Origin: Amphiscolops sp. MND2022
Lineage: Eukaryota
Assembly (NCBI GenBank): GCA_964187785.1
Contig: OZ076409.1
Location: 54,996,001-55,060,000 of the forward strand
Direction: 5' to 3'
Length of the DNA stretch: 64,000 bases
Below are positions 31,650 through 45,660 of this stretch, piece by piece. The translations under genes and the position numbers were made by a program. Each line of letters begins with the position of its first letter. Within the stretch, counting starts at the first letter, position 1. The notes under the pieces are model-generated. The model made no database searches, was not told where the DNA came from, and saw only the letters and a list, made by a program, of their open reading frames with translations.

Positions 31650-34600
31650 CTCAACACTCTCACCAGAGACAAACATCTTCCAACGAATTGACGGTTTTGA
31701 CGTCTGTTGTTTCCCTCCATCAATCTACTCCTGAACCAGAGCGTTCTTTCTGTGAAACTGTTAATGTTACTCTCGACCAAGACGGGATTAAACACTCGTT
31801 TGACCACAGCATGACAAGTCCCAAAGAACCTGTTAGTTTCCTTGCCACTTCCATTGATTCTAATTTTCAACTCGTTTTTGATGTGACTGGAGAGCAACCC
31901 GATTGCGTCAATCCAATCGCTCCTGCAGGTGAAAGGAGATCTCTACCTGATGAATGTTCTTCACGGGCGACTACTCCTATGTTGGAAGGAGTCCATTCTC
32001 GAACTTCTCCTACCACACGTTACTTGGGTCAACTTGCAGTGACAGCCCCCACCGAGCAAGAAAGCCGAGAACCAGCTACCAATGCTCAATCGCTTCGAGT
32101 AACACAATTTGGCAATTTTGTCACAAGTTCCGACTTAGAAGCACTGGAGCAGAGACTTGAAACTCTAGTCAGTACAATTATCGCACTACCGTACTGATGC
32201 CCACTTGGTTCGAGAGCATCGAATTAGATTAGAAACACCAGGAATTCCACTCTATGATAAAAATGAGCGAGAGATAACTAGAGTTGCTCTAGACGAAGCT
32301 CGGGAAAAAACGGAGCAGACGTTCCCAATCACTCCAACTTTGGGCGAACGTCACCTGCTGCCAGGACAGAGGGAGTTGCCAAAAGACACAGAAATTCTTG
32401 ATCCCTCATCAGTTGCATGCTCCCAGATGAGGCTCCTCCTGCTAGGACTCCAATCAGGCGGAGAGTTGGATCTATTAACTTCACTCTTGTTCAATTTGAA
32501 TGTCGAGACACAGGGGACTTCTAGATTCCCGCAGTACGACTGGAGACAGGAACGTGTGTTATCTGACTGAGTTGGACATCTATTTATTATATATTTAATT
32601 CGTATGTTTCACAGGCAATACTCGTCTACATGTTTCACGAGTTACTACGATATTCTGCCACTTCTATTGGTCAGCGAGGCTTGTGTTCCCTTCAATTCAG
32701 TTCCTCGACTAGATTTGCTCAGGTTAATTTGGCCTTCTGGTCTGGGAATGTGTACAATAGTCTCTGCCTTTCCGAGTTTCCCAACAATCACCAAACAGCG
32801 CCAAAAGTCCTCGATGTCATCTCTTCTTTCCTTGCTGTTACAAGCAATCCACCACTGTGTTTTCTCTGCTCGGGTTTGATGGACGGGTCAGTAAAACATT
32901 GACTACTGAACTGGACAAATCCACAGCCATTTGCATCGTTGCTACTTTCGGCTATGAAGATTTATACAAAATGCTCGCAGGCCCATGTGTCAAAATCCTG
33001 GACCGCTATAACATACACAGTGTTTTACAGTTTCTTTTGATGAAACTCCGGACAGCTTTGGGATCAGCTTGGCTCAACAACTTGCAGGAGCTTCGAGAAA
33101 AAAGCATTTGCATTGTTTAACTATTATTATGTCCTTTCCTAACTGTGATTAACACTCCTAAGACGTCTTCAGAAAACCGCATATTCCCGCATATTTTGTT
33201 GGATCTCGACCATAGTTTCTTCATTTCATTATGCTGCTACTCTGCATAGTCATTGTTTTCTGCAAACTGCATAGCTTTTATCTTCATACTGCTTTTATTC
33301 TGTTTGTAGTGTGGGTATTTTCCTATGCGACTTTTTCCGAAAGCCGCATAATCACATCTTCTATGCCGTTCCAATACGGAAACTGCATGGGTGCTTCTTT
33401 ATGCTGTTTTCTTTCGAAAACCGCATGAGTATTCCTTTTATGCTGTTTTCTTCCAAAAACAGCATGAACTTTTCTTCTATGCTGACTTTTTTACGGAGAC
33501 CGCATGAATGCTTCTTTGTGCTGTTTTCTTCTGAAAATCGTATCAACTTTTCTACTATGCTGTTTCCTTCTGAAAAACGCACGAACTTTTCTTCTATACT
33601 GTTTCTTCCTGGAAACCGCATGAACTTTTCTTCTATGCTGTTTCCTTCCGAAACGACGTGATTATTCCTTTTATGCTGTTATCTTTCAAAAACGACATGA
33701 ACTTTTCTTCTATGCTGTTTTCTTCCAAAACAGCGTGATTTATTCCTTTATACTGTTTTTCTTGAATTATGCTGATTTTACAGTTAATCCGCATAGTCCG
33801 CATATCTTATGCTGTATGCTGTTCAGCATCCTATACTGTATTCGGAAGACATCATAATGCGTCATGTCTTAAGTTCATTTCCAATGCTATTAGTTCTCAC
33901 AGGCAAGAATTTGCTCTTTTAGGCGATCTGTAGCTTCGAATACAGTTATGGCAAGTGCGCTATTCTTCTTGGACAACTGTACCAGAATTGGCATCATGTG
34001 GTTGCTCATCTCCGTCTCACTGACCGGATCAAGGCTTTCAAATACGACATGAAAGAGGTAATATTCGTTTTCGAAATTCCAGATATCGTTGTTCTAACAT
34101 AGTTTTAATGGTCAATCTTTGTTGTTTCAGCCCAAAAGTTTGGATGAGACGATATTTAAAGACAAGACTTATCCCGCCAAGTTGTTTCTAGTACGGAATG
34201 TGCTTCTTCATTGTTAGCCTTTTCTATTCTTTCCATTCTTTTAATGTCTGGTTCCTTTTCTTAATCTGAAAATGCTTCAGACCAATCGGCTTTCAAAGGA
34301 GTCACTGGGATCGCCTCAGACGGCTTCCGACTCTACAGCTCTTACGCCACATTTGTGTATAGTTAGCTCCAGACTATATTGCCAGATTCCTTCTTGGGGG
34401 ACATCTCTGACTGGGACCGATTCTTATCTATCGACTTGTCTTCAGATCTTCCTTTCAAAAGCGTCACTGATTTTCTTCGCAATAAAGACTTTGCCGACTT
34501 AGTCAACAAGAGTGATCTACCGACGCCAACCCATTTCGTCGAACAAGCACTGTGTTTTTATAAAAGTCTATGTACTTTGCTTCTGAAACACAGCATCCGC

Positions 34601-35512
34601 AAGTCGAAGTTTATCCGAGGAATGTCTGTTTTCGACGAAGCTGTGATATTACATGGGCGAGAAGAGGACTACGAAGAAGAATCAGACCAATTGTGCGATT
34701 TCCTCATACAGCGGGACTGGATATCAAGTTCCATCAAGCCACTCATCCTGAGTGAGTATCGGTCTTTTGTTGAGAAGTTCAGGTCTTGCGAAGTACAGCA
34801 CGACACAGACTGGGTTACCTTCATGTCCGGTTATTATGAGCTCCAATGTCGCACCGATTTATTCTCTGTATTCAAATTGTGTTGCCTTGGAATTTCTAGC
34901 TCTATTTGCATTCCACCTGTTTTCACCGTTGCATTACCTGACTTGGCTTCTGACAACTGTAGTTTTACTTCTGCAGTTAGGAGTGTTCAGTCTTCTTTGG
35001 TCGCTATTCCCAACGTTTTAGGGTTATTTTCCAATCCTAGAACTGTTGCCCCTATTTTTTTCTTGCTCGGAAAAGGAAGGAGTTTGTTGGAAAATCCTGA
35101 TTATTCTGTTTGGGACGTCAGTTCCAGTTGTTCATCTCGCCGACGACGACTACAGAATAAGTTTGTGTCCCGTTTCACCTGCACGGTTACTGATGAAGAA
35201 AGTGCATGGACTTCATTGGATGTTGATCCTAAACCTTCTGGTTCAACTTCTTCGCCAACTCATCGGGTCACTTCTTCTACTAGTAAATCGCCCAAAACTC
35301 TTCTACCCAGTTCGAAGTTTGCTGTTCCTGGGCCAATCCCGGTTGGGTCTTCCGGTGGGTCATCAAGAGGTTTCCGTCAGACTCTGCAATTGGCTACTGC
35401 TACTTTGGCTGTTCCGCGCTTCGTCAGCGAGGTTCCGTTTCTACCCCCTGACCAAAATAAATCTGCGAAGAAGCTTTCTATGAAGAAGAGACCATCTCCC
35501 GGTGGTAAATAA
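31650..35512 (+). pseudogene. Antisense spliced accessory gene of C (first half of the zinc finger deleted; stop at 34364; 5' end uncertain)
   Basis: HYRTDAHLVRE near 32185 matches HYKTEGHLRKD in D. Exons 33923-34057, 34131-34212 and 34281-35512 are separated by GT-AG introns. Confidence 0.82.
33345..33770. repeat. Minisatellite, about 39-bp unit, about 11 copies, intronic
   Basis: Unit approximately CGCATGAACTTTTCTTCTATGCTGTTTCCTTCCGAAAAC. Confidence 0.85.
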
Positions 35513-35787
35513 GAAACGTCTAGCCGTTACTGTTTCCATAGATTGGGATGTTGTTTGTATTCCATTTATTTGTTGCTTTGTTCTTTGTATACTTTGTTTG
35601 CTTTGCTTCAGGTTGATTACACCTGATTTGGTTTAGTTAGTATTGTTGATTCCATTAAATCAATTCTCAAAACATTTTTTGAAGTAACTGATTGGGAAAG
35701 AAAAAATGAAGAGAAAAGATGTGAGAGCAAAAGATAAACAGAGACTGTGTTTTGTTAAAGTCTTTGAGTCTCTTGATTTTGTCTTTT

Positions 35788-38700
35788 TTAGTATCTGTAT
35801 GAGTCTGAGTAGTTCGGGTTAGGGTTTGGGCGTAAGTTGTACTTTTCACCTCTCGTGTTAACTGTTTTTTGTGTTTCTTGTGCATCAATGTCTGGGTTAT
35901 TTTCGGGAGTTTTTGGTGAATTTTGGGTTGGGGTTTCTTGGGAAGTTTCTGGATTTCTTGAAATTTCTGGTATGGGCTCTTGATTTTCATTTCTTGTAAT
36001 GGTTTTATCAATTATCTGGGGTTCTTTGTCGGTCACAGCAGGTTGTTCTGCTGGAGTCCCCCCACTGTTTTGAGAATTATCGGGGGAGGGAGGGCGGTTT
36101 ATTCCAGGTTGAGAAGTAGGCTCATATTCTACCATGTCTTCTTGCTGCCAGATCAGTGATCATTAATTTCATGGTCAGTGTCAAATGGGCTCGATCCAAA
36201 ATTTGTGTTCCAAGTGTGGGCATATAGGCCATCCTGAGCGATAAGTGTATCTTCTTTTTGCCAGTCAGACTCTCTGACAAAATTGTCAGCTAGAGGTGCT
36301 TGTGGAATGTATATACGTAGTCGTATACGATGAAGCAATTGGGTTTTGTTTGTGCCCAATCGACGGACAATGTAATTGTTATTCGGTAGGACTTTTTCGA
36401 CTTTATAAGGACCAACCCAGCGGAAATCTCTGAAGGGTACTTTCTCTCTATTATCTCTGAAGTCGCCTGTGTGTCTGCTTTCGGATTCAAGATAAAGCAA
36501 TAGTCCCCCGTTGTAAGGGGTGCTGCTTTTGCTTTCCTGTCGTAGTATGCTTTATATTTAAGGTATGATTGCATAATGTTTTTCTTTGTTTGGTCATGAA
36601 GTAATGCAATCCGTCTTTGTACCTCTTCTGCTACCTCAGTTTGGGGTTGGAACCTAGGGCTTGGGTTATACCCAAGTTTAAAATCTGATATATTATGTGG
36701 AATTCGTCCGTGGAAGACTCTTGTAGGTTCGCAACCGAGTGTCGCGTGATACGTTGTATTATGGTTCACAACTGCCAATGGTAGAAACTTGTGCCAGTTA
36801 TTCCTGAATTCTCCAGTGGCGACCTTAAGGTGTGTTTTGACTGATGCATGAGTGCGTTCTAACAGTCCAATTGTTTGGGCGTGTCTTGTTGTGGCATGTT
36901 TCAGTTCTATATTTAGGACTGCGGCTACTTCTTTTGTAACGTAGGAATTGAATTGTGTTCCCATATAGGTGATGATTGTTGTGGGCAGGTATGTATGTTT
37001 ACACAAAAAGTCCATGATAACCTTTGCTACTGCTGGGGCAGTAATTCTTGTAACTGGATATGCAAACAGATAGCGTGAAAACACGTCTATTGCTGTGATT
37101 ATATTGTCGTAACCTCCACTTGGCGGAAAGTTCGGGAGGATATCCATCTGCAATATATCTTCAGGACCTAGGTCCCATTCAGGACAATTAATTAGTTCGG
37201 TTTTGAGGAGGTCATTATTGATCCGTTTGTTTTGTATTCACATTTGGCATTTCGTGACCCAAGTTCGAATGTATTTGGCAATGCATGGGTAGTAGTATTT
37301 TTGTCGTGCTTCTTAGATCATCTTTGTGATGTCTGGGTGGTTTGCATTATGCCCATGGAGAGCATGTAGGAATTCGTCTAGGAGTTGTTTGGGTAAAAGA
37401 ATTTGGTAATGTGATATCATGCCTGTGTCGTTGTAGTATTTTCTTGTTAGGACATCCTGTCGAAGTTCGATTCTCATTATATTTTGTAGGTAGTGTTTGT
37501 ATCAATAATCTTGGGTGAATTCTGTTTCGCCATATGGTTCGCCTTCAATTTTATATCGAAGGTTTCGTAGTACTTGATCATTGTTTTGTTCTAAGCGGAT
37601 TTTTGCGTTGTCTTTGAAGTGACCTTCTCTATAGTCGATTGTACCGGCTGTGGGTCTATGAAAACCTTGAAGTTCTGTGACCTCATTTTCCGGGTCGTTA
37701 TGGGTTTCTATTTTTGCTACTTTTCGCAATGTTTCCTTTTCTTCCCACAATTGTTGTTCAGTGGGGGATTCTTCAGGCAGAAGGTAGAGGGTTTCCTCCT
37801 CAGCGACTCCTGTGGACTGGATGTTGACTTCTATTGCTTGTGTGGTAACGTCATTTCGGATATTCATTTCAAGTTTTTCAGTTGGGTTCGTTTCTGCTCT
37901 GGAAAGGAAATTAGCAGCAGTATTCATAGCTCCTGCTACATGTGCTATGACGAAATTGTACTGAAGTACATAGTCACATGCGTTCCAGAGGGGTGGAGGT
38001 ATTATTTTAGTTTGGAATAAGCGAGTTACAGAGCGGTTATCTGTAAAAACGATAACAGGAAAGACGCTTCCCCACATGAGGTGTCCAAATTCGGAGAATG
38101 CAAAATAAATTGCTAAGAGTTCTTTTGCATATATTGACATTTTGAGTTGTGTTGGGTTGAATGTTTTTGACCCAAACGCGATAGGGGCATAAGTTTTTCT
38201 TCGGGATTGAAGCTTTTGGTTGGGGTCATCCTCAATCATGATGGCATAACCGGCTGCTGTAAAGCTAGCGTCAGTCATCAGGATGAGTTGTTTGTTTTTG
38301 ATGGGTTGTTTGAGTGCAAGACTGCATGATCTTTCCAATTGTTGGTTTAATTCGTTGAAAGTATCCAATACCGTGTTTGGTATGCAAAACTGCGATGTTT
38401 CTTTGAGTAGTGTGAAGAACGGCGAAAGCTTTTCTGACAAGCAGCGAATGTAGTTTCTGTAGTAGTTAAGAAAACCGATGTACCTTTGGAAGGCTTTTTT
38501 GGATTTCGGAAATTTGAGTTTCTGAAGGAATTGTTTGACTTTTTCTGTTTGTGGAGAAACTCCTTCTGGGGTGATTGTTTGTCCCAAAAAGCCGACTTGT
38601 TTGACCCCAAAACGACATTTAGCCATCGTGAGTTTGAGGCCTGTTTTTCTAATGCATTCGAAAACTGTTTTGATGTTGATGCACAGTAGGGTTGACTCGT

Positions 38701-40806
38701 TTGCTGCTATGCCAATGTCATCAACGTATTGGGCGCATTGGTCGGCTTTGATAGCTTTGTCTAAATATTCTCTCATAAAAGATGAGAAAGCAGACAATGA
38801 ACAGCTAAGACCCTGGGCTAGGCGTCGGTATGCGAACGTTCGGCTTGCAAAACTAAAGGCTAGCATCTGTATTGACTGGTAGTCCGCCATCTGCAAACAA
38901 TGGTATGCTTGTTAGCAGTCGAGTTTGCAAAAGAGTTTTTCCCAGCCATGTGCTGTGCTGCATCTGATAGCGTGCTAACTGGGTGATTGTTGTTTACATA
39001 ATCTTGTGAGATGAGGTTGTTGATTTTGCGCAGATCCACCAAGAGGCGAAGACGTCCGTTTGGTTTTCGCTGTGCAAAAATTGGGCTTGCGTATTTAGAG
39101 AAGGGTAAGGTCGTTATGATGCCATCACGATGAAGTAGAGCCCGTTCAACAGTGATATCATCCTTGAGGTTGATTGGGGTAGCAAGACATTGGCTGTAGG
39201 CTGTTCTGTCATCATTAGGCGTCAATTTAACCTTAAATTCTCTGTTAGTGCCAATGTCAAAACGGTGTCTGGCGAAGATATCGTGATATTGTACTAGAAT
39301 ATCTTCAATGTGCTGTTTTTCGAATGGGCTGAGTGTGGTGTCCGTCCAATCGAAATGATCAAGAAATTGTTTTTGCTTTTGCATTATCATTAGGGTTTAA
39401 TTGTTCAAGTTGTTTGAGTTCCATTAGTTCGTCATAAATTCGCTTTTGTATGGGTGTGTACGTTTCTGGATCCCCCGGTTGTTCGGGTGTCGGGAACCAG
39501 TACGTTTCTTGTTCATCAGATGATTGGTTTGTTTTCAACAGTTGGTTAAGGTATAGGTCAGTGTTCTCTGTATGTTGATGCATCATAAAGGTGAGGGTTG
39601 ATGGATCAGCGGGTTTGATGTGTTAAATTTGTTCTGGGGTGAGTACTCGGAAATCTGCCATGTGTGTGTCCACTGGAAGGGTGTAAGGCATATCCGAGAA
39701 GTTGATCACTTGATAACCCACTGCGTTGTTGTTGACCGTGCTTAATGATGAGGTAATGAAAGTGCTCTCATGTTCCTCCATGTGTGATGACGGAGTAACA
39801 ATTCCTGTTGCATTGTGGTCTATCAAGTGTGGCATTTTGCTGGAGATTGCAAGAGTTTCTCCAGGTTGTAGGGTATAAGTGGTTTCAGTCAGCAAGGGTG
39901 TTGCTGTTCGGGTGTTCGTTGTGTGTTCGGGACGCAGTTGCATTGACAAGTATGGGAATGTAATAATTCCTTGTCGAATATCGAAAAGAGCGTTGTGTCT
40001 TTGTGGGAAGCACAGTCCAATGAGTGGGCTTGGTAGTGTTTTCATTACTATGAAACTTTCTTGAAATTGGAAATCTGCTACCTCGAATTCGAGGAGGACG
40101 GTTCCAATGGGGCGTTCAAGTTGACCGTTTCCCACCATAATTTGGAAGTTAGGTGCTGGGCCTGTGTCTTTGATTGCTTCTTTTGATAGGAGTTTAATTT
40201 TATTAAGGTCAGCTTCTGAAATCGCGCTTGTTAAGGCGCCTGTATCTATGAGTCCATCCAGAGTTAGTTTTTCGAAATCCATTGGGAAATAGTACATATG
40301 ACTTTCTTTTTGAGTGTAAGACTTGTAGAAAGGTTCGAATACATGATGTTATTCCCTTGATCTGTAGTTAGATGATTGAAAACATCGTTGTCAAGGAGGG
40401 GTTGTTTTCCAAGTGATGCATTAAAAAGGGTTTTTGTTAATCCTGACATGAATTTATCATCAGTTTGAGTTGTTGATGTGGATTTTGTGTTTGTGTGTTC
40501 GGTTTGTGTTTGTTGAGGTTGTGAGGTGTTAGGATGTTGATTTTGTGTTTCGGTTTCGGTTGCAGGTTCAAAGATTTGTCGTAGGATGTAGTTATCAGGA
40601 GCATCCTTGAGTAGGTCATATAGATCCTCCGTTTGAGTATCTGGAGTTGTAGTTGATGTGTCTGTAGTGTGAGAGTCGTTTTTGTTGGTTTTATGATCGA
40701 AGACTGTGATTTTTGTTAGTTTGGGGCTCAACTGATGCTGCCAGTCATCAGTAGAGTGTTGTTTTTGTGGTGTTTCTGTTTGGAGGCGTGGCTTTATTAG
40801 TTTAAA
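35788..40806 (-). pseudogene. pol: pol of C, multiple frameshifts and stops
   Basis: LIDTGA, YVDD, TDASFTAAG, IDVFSRY, LERTH, WVGPY; tail KYNLRPNPNPNY. Confidence 0.95.
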
Positions 40807-42317
40807 TCCTTCGATGTTGAAGGTTTCGTGTTTCGTGGGTTGATGGGTTTGTTTGATTTTTTATACTCGTCAATGAGTTCTTGTTGATTTTCTGTCAGTG
40901 TCCTTTTGGGTGGACGATTTTCCATGTTAGCTCCAAAGTAACAATTGGGTTCTTCATGTCCTGTAGTGTTACAATGGGAGCATCGTGGTGCGTCTGGATC
41001 GTTATCAAGTGTTTGCCGTTTTGCAAGTTTTGGGCATTCCTTCGCCATGTGACCTTCTTCTTTGCATTAACGACATTGGTTGTTTTGTAGAGAGTTGTTG
41101 GGAACTCTGTTGGGAGTTTTGGTTTTAGGTTTTGTGTTTTGTGTCGAACTTTTAGTGTTTTGTGTGTTAGTTTGCTGTTTTACAGCTGTCATTTGTGTTT
41201 TGACTAAGGGCTCATCTGCTTCAAGTCCATTGAGTTCCATTTCGCGTTCTAAGTGTCGTACAATTTGGTCGTAGGTACCATTCTCAAGGTACGCTTGGTT
41301 GATTGATTTCTTTAGATGGGGTGGCAATTTTGCGTATATGAGACTTTCGATCATCTGTGGCGCTGCTTCCCCAAATGCTTTTTCAGCACTCTCTTGTAGA
41401 TCTTCGAGAAAGTCGGGCAGCTTCTGGTTTTCGGGTTGGAACATAAGCCTGTTGAATTTATGTTTGGCTGAAGCACTAAATTCAGGCTTGACATACTTTC
41501 TGCGGAAGACTACCAAGATGTCTTCAAGTGTTGTGGTATGTCTGCGTTGTATGTTTTTGAAGATTTTTAACGCCAGTCCTCTGAGATGGGCGTGAAAATG
41601 GTTTATTTTTATCTCTTCAGTGAGATGAGGTTGCATCTTGAGTGTGGTGTGAAAAAGATCTTCAAAGTACTCGAACTTTTCATTTTTCTCTAATTTACCG
41701 TTAAAGGTGAGTGTGTTTTTCGGGTGATAGAGTGAGGGTTCCGGGTTTTTTCGTGCCAGTTTTTCAATTGCTAATGCAGTTTGGCTGACAAGGTCTGATG
41801 TTTCAGGATGTTCAAGAAGAGTTGCTGCGTGTGGTCCAATTGTATTTGTTGTGTTAGAGTTAGTAAAGCTTTGTCTCAGGATGTTCTTGGTAGGTCCTGT
41901 CATCATGTGATGATCGGCTTTCTCCTGTCTGTTTTGTTTATAATGATGGTTTCGTCTAGTGTTTCATTAGCAATTCCGAGTGGAGTGTATGGTTGTCTTA
42001 ATTCACTCATTTCAGATGGACAAATTCGATCATCCTGATTTTTGTCTCTATTTACTATTCAGTTGCTGTTCAATTTGTGTCATCTTGTTACTGTTTTGTT
42101 CAAATAATCTCTGGGATATTACTTCTATTTCAATGCTGATTTGCGAAGGTTCTGTCAGTTCACTACCTAAGTTCCTGTCAAAAATGTTATTAACATTTTC
42201 AGAAACATGAACTAAAGTCGCATTACCTTGAGTGAAGCTTGTTTCTGAAGTATTCTCTTCTCTGTCCGATGACTGAGATTCTATCCTTCTTGAGCGTCTA
42301 TTTCTTTTGTTTCCCAT
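40797..42317 (-). pseudogene. gag: gag of C, starting in the 5' LTR; deletion near 42050 and stop at 41067
   Basis: MGNKRNRRSRR start; TFNGKLEKNEKFEYFEDLF; knuckles CKEEGHMAKEC and CSHCNTTGHEEPNC. Confidence 0.9.
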
Positions 42318-43531
42318 GATGAAAACAGTGTTGAGTGTACAAATCTTTGAATTACAAAGATATTTTGGTGAAATGAAATTGTGGAAGTTATCTTTACAAA
42401 GAAAGAAAACCGCAAAATTTGAGAACTGTAGGTATTTTGTGAAATTGAGTGACTGTTCTGCGTGAGATTTTTTCGAATGAATGTGGGGAAAAATGATTTC
42501 TTAGGGACTCTCTTCGAATGTTTCTATTGGGTGGTATTTTTAGTAGCATGACAATCAATTTTATACAAATCATCATAACGTCATGTTTCTAGGGTCAGGG
42601 ATTAAAAATAATTCATAACGTCATATCCCTAGAAGGTGTAAATATAGAACTGCCACATCAGCAAATTACTGTAGATGCAATATGCGGATTATGACGTCCC
42701 GTCAGTATATCCGCATTTATACTGTTTTATGGAAAACGCAAAATGCAGTATAATTTATCGGTGCTGTTCCACTGCTATTAATTATGTTAATGATGAATTA
42801 AACATCATGCTGTTTTGAGATATTTCCGCATAATACGGTGAGGAGTATAAACGTGTATACAGATGTAGTCGTCATGATGTTTCTACAATACTTCCGCATA
42901 ATGCGGTAAGTAGCATAACTATCCGCACGTATGTAGTCATCATACTGTTTTTTTAGCAAAAGCCGCATATGTGGCTTAGTAAGAACTGCACAAAGCAGTA
43001 TAAGCTGTCAATGGAGAGAAGTATGAGCACGGTATGCTGTTTCATGGGTAATTCATCATTCTGATCATGAAAGCTTCCTACATAGTCTTGCTACAAATGC
43101 TCTATTATTTTGAAAGCTATATCAAACTACAGTACACTCTTATGAGGTAAAGTGGGAGTAAAAATAAAGGCTCGGCTTGGGTCAACTAGTAACATTGTCA
43201 CTAGAGACTAAATTATTTGGTCAAAGTTTTTTCTCTTTTTCTTTCGGTTGGCCAACGGTCAAACCGTTGTTATAATTAAATCTGTGGAAGCAACAAGGCG
43301 TCCAATTTAACATTAACGAACACTATAACACAAACGAATGCTAAGAAAATAGCAACAAGAACAAACATTCAAAACAATTATCTCAGTTTAGGTAACTTTA
43401 AATGTTTTTGAAGTCTGTACCACTGATGATGATTTGATTCGGATCTTCGGGTCTCAGGCGGTAGAAAGGAGCAAGTTGAACTGATCATCGGTGCTGCACT
43501 CCGGACATCTCGCAGGGGAAGCCCGGCGACA
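41906..43531 (-). repeat. 5' LTR of C (1626 bp)
   Basis: Direct repeat of 27009-28782. Confidence 0.95.
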
Positions 43532-43719
43532 GACCCGAACGGTTCTTTATCCCCCTGAAATTTCAAATAACACAACAATCAAAATTGAAAGTGAGAATAA
43601 ATAAGCATTTCAATTGGTTGTTGTCATTCCTAATGATCAATCACACGGCGAACTTCCGCGATTTTAGCACGGATATTGGCCAATTAGAAATCGACATCGC
43701 GTGTGATAAAATCGGATGC

Positions 43720-43825
43720 GGGACAAAACAGCCGATTTTAAAACGAGACAAAACAGCCGATTTTCAAAACGGGGCAAAACAGCCGATTTTCAAAACGCAA
43801 CAAAATAGCCGATTTTCAAAACTGA
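43720..43825. repeat. Short tandem repeat AAAACAGCCGATTTTCAAAACG, about 4 copies
   Basis: Seen directly in the sequence. Confidence 0.75.
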
Positions 43826-44059
43826 ACAAAATGAATGCTGTTACAGCCAATATGCATGGAACTTGATTTATTTAAATAGGTTCATAATTGTTGTATGGCT
43901 CGGTCGGTACTCCTGACTAAGTGTGGTCTCTACAGAATTAATGCAGCCGGGCCTGAAAACTCCTGACTAAGTGTGGTCCCTAGCAAATTTAGAAAAGCCA
44001 ACGTAAAGCAAACATTACATGTAGTTCAAAACAGCGGAATTCAATTTACTAGCTTTTAG

Positions 44060-45660
44060 TGTTGTTATAGCCAATACGTATTGTCGTAAGCTTGGTCTGT
44101 GTGGTCGTCATTGAGACAATTACGGACAGGCTCACTTCTCGAGTCACTTCTGATTTCATCATTGCGGCAATCTTCGGTATTGGTTTCCGGTCTTTCAGCC
44201 GGAACGCTCCATCTCGTTCGAGTTACATGTCCTGATCCGGCCTTTGAGGCGTTTTGGATTTAAGGAAATACCTGATTGCTAATGGCATCATTAATAGCCC
44301 TCTGGATCTGAACACTGACATGTTCATCATATCCATTTCTCTTGAGATCCTCGAATCAAGTTCACTTGATAGTTTATTGAGTTCAGCACTAGAGTTAGTA
44401 CCCTATCCGCGGAATTTTGGCCGAGATCAGCACTGTTGCTCGATCTGTTTTCTCTAGGATTTGAGTACAGTACAAGTTTTCCTCATTATTTTACAAAGCA
44501 TTGCAACCAAAACTTTCTGGAGTCCTAGCGAGGATACTGACCTCATTTTCCTCTCTTTCAAAGTGATTTCCACCTAACATTATATCTAAGTTTTTTATGT
44601 CGGACAACATTTCAAGTCCTTTTCACTTGCTTCATTTCTTTTGCTTTCTAGTGGTAGGTATCAAGAAGTCCGATGTCAATATTTAAATTTAGATCGGAAA
44701 ATTTTTTAACTGATCTGGACTGTAACAAATTCGTAGCAATTGAGTCTCCCTCAGAAGGAACACGTGAATGTATACCTCTAAGAGGATGACATACACATTT
44801 TTCACATATTTTGAGGGTATTGGGCACAATAACAAACTTGAAACATTTGACATTAAAGTTATTTCACCAACACACTACATTCCTTAGAAATCATGTGTCA
44901 ATCATCGCCAAAAGGTATCAAAGTTTATACCGCAACTTCAAACAAACTATGTTCCATAGATAAAAACATTTATTTAAAGAATGTCAACAAATAACTTCAG
45001 TTATTGCAAGAGTGCAGTGTTGGCACGTGCCACCACGCGAACACTGCTGTGTTGAACTAAACATGAAAAGATACGATTACATGTATTGGCCTGCATAGGA
45101 CTACGGCCTTATCTGGATAATTAATCTAACGTCGCAACAATAATGGTAGCCCGGGTTAAATCAATCTAGAGCAGCTAATACAGCACTTTACATAATTGGG
45201 CCTGAATAGGCTAATTGCCTTATAAAAAACAAGCATCAGTAAACTATGGGTAAACGGCCTTAACCGTCAAGTAATGCCAAATCTGGGACACTGGTAGTCA
45301 ATTGTGCGCAGAAGTGGTCTTTTAGCACGCCAAGTACAAACAAATAAATACTGGTTGGTTTTAAGTATAATTAACATCATAACTGCATTTTTACATAAAA
45401 TAGCCAGAGCCGGCCATTTGACTTAAATACTGGGTAAAAGTATTGGCGTTGTGTCAATAGGCCTTATTCGGTCAATAATAAATGAAAGTTTTAATAAAGC
45501 ATCAAATGGTGAATTCTGATTGGATATGCCTGCGTGTTTAAGCGACGTTTCCGGATTAGCACTCTACGTCACTCGAAGACGTTTCCTTTACTGCCGTACA
45601 GTTGTATTCAGCTCTTATTACCTTGATATACACTTACAGCGTCTTTTGACAAAATCAACA
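44060..45660 (-). mobile_element. Old LTR remnant (probable solo LTR) related to family D
   Basis: Minus strand near 44660-44540 reads PTTRKQK...LEMLSDIKNLDIMLGGNHFERE, similar to STRRQK...LDMLSDYGNMDIMLGDGNSNSIERE in D; no internal gag or pol follows; ends not resolved. Confidence 0.6.

Larger units (their letters stand above)
27009..43531 (-). mobile_element. Full-length Ty3/Gypsy LTR retrotransposon C (16.5 kb, decayed)
   Basis: LTRs at 27009-28782 and 41906-43531; TSD GACCC at 27004-27008 and 43532-43536; mutated PBS TGATGACAGGACC. Confidence 0.96.

Noticed and set aside
33345..33770. CRISPR-like array, or the coding ORFs 33311-33661 and 33361-33621
   Set aside because: Contiguous degenerate tandem units with no unique spacers and no cas genes; the ORFs arise because the unit length is a multiple of three
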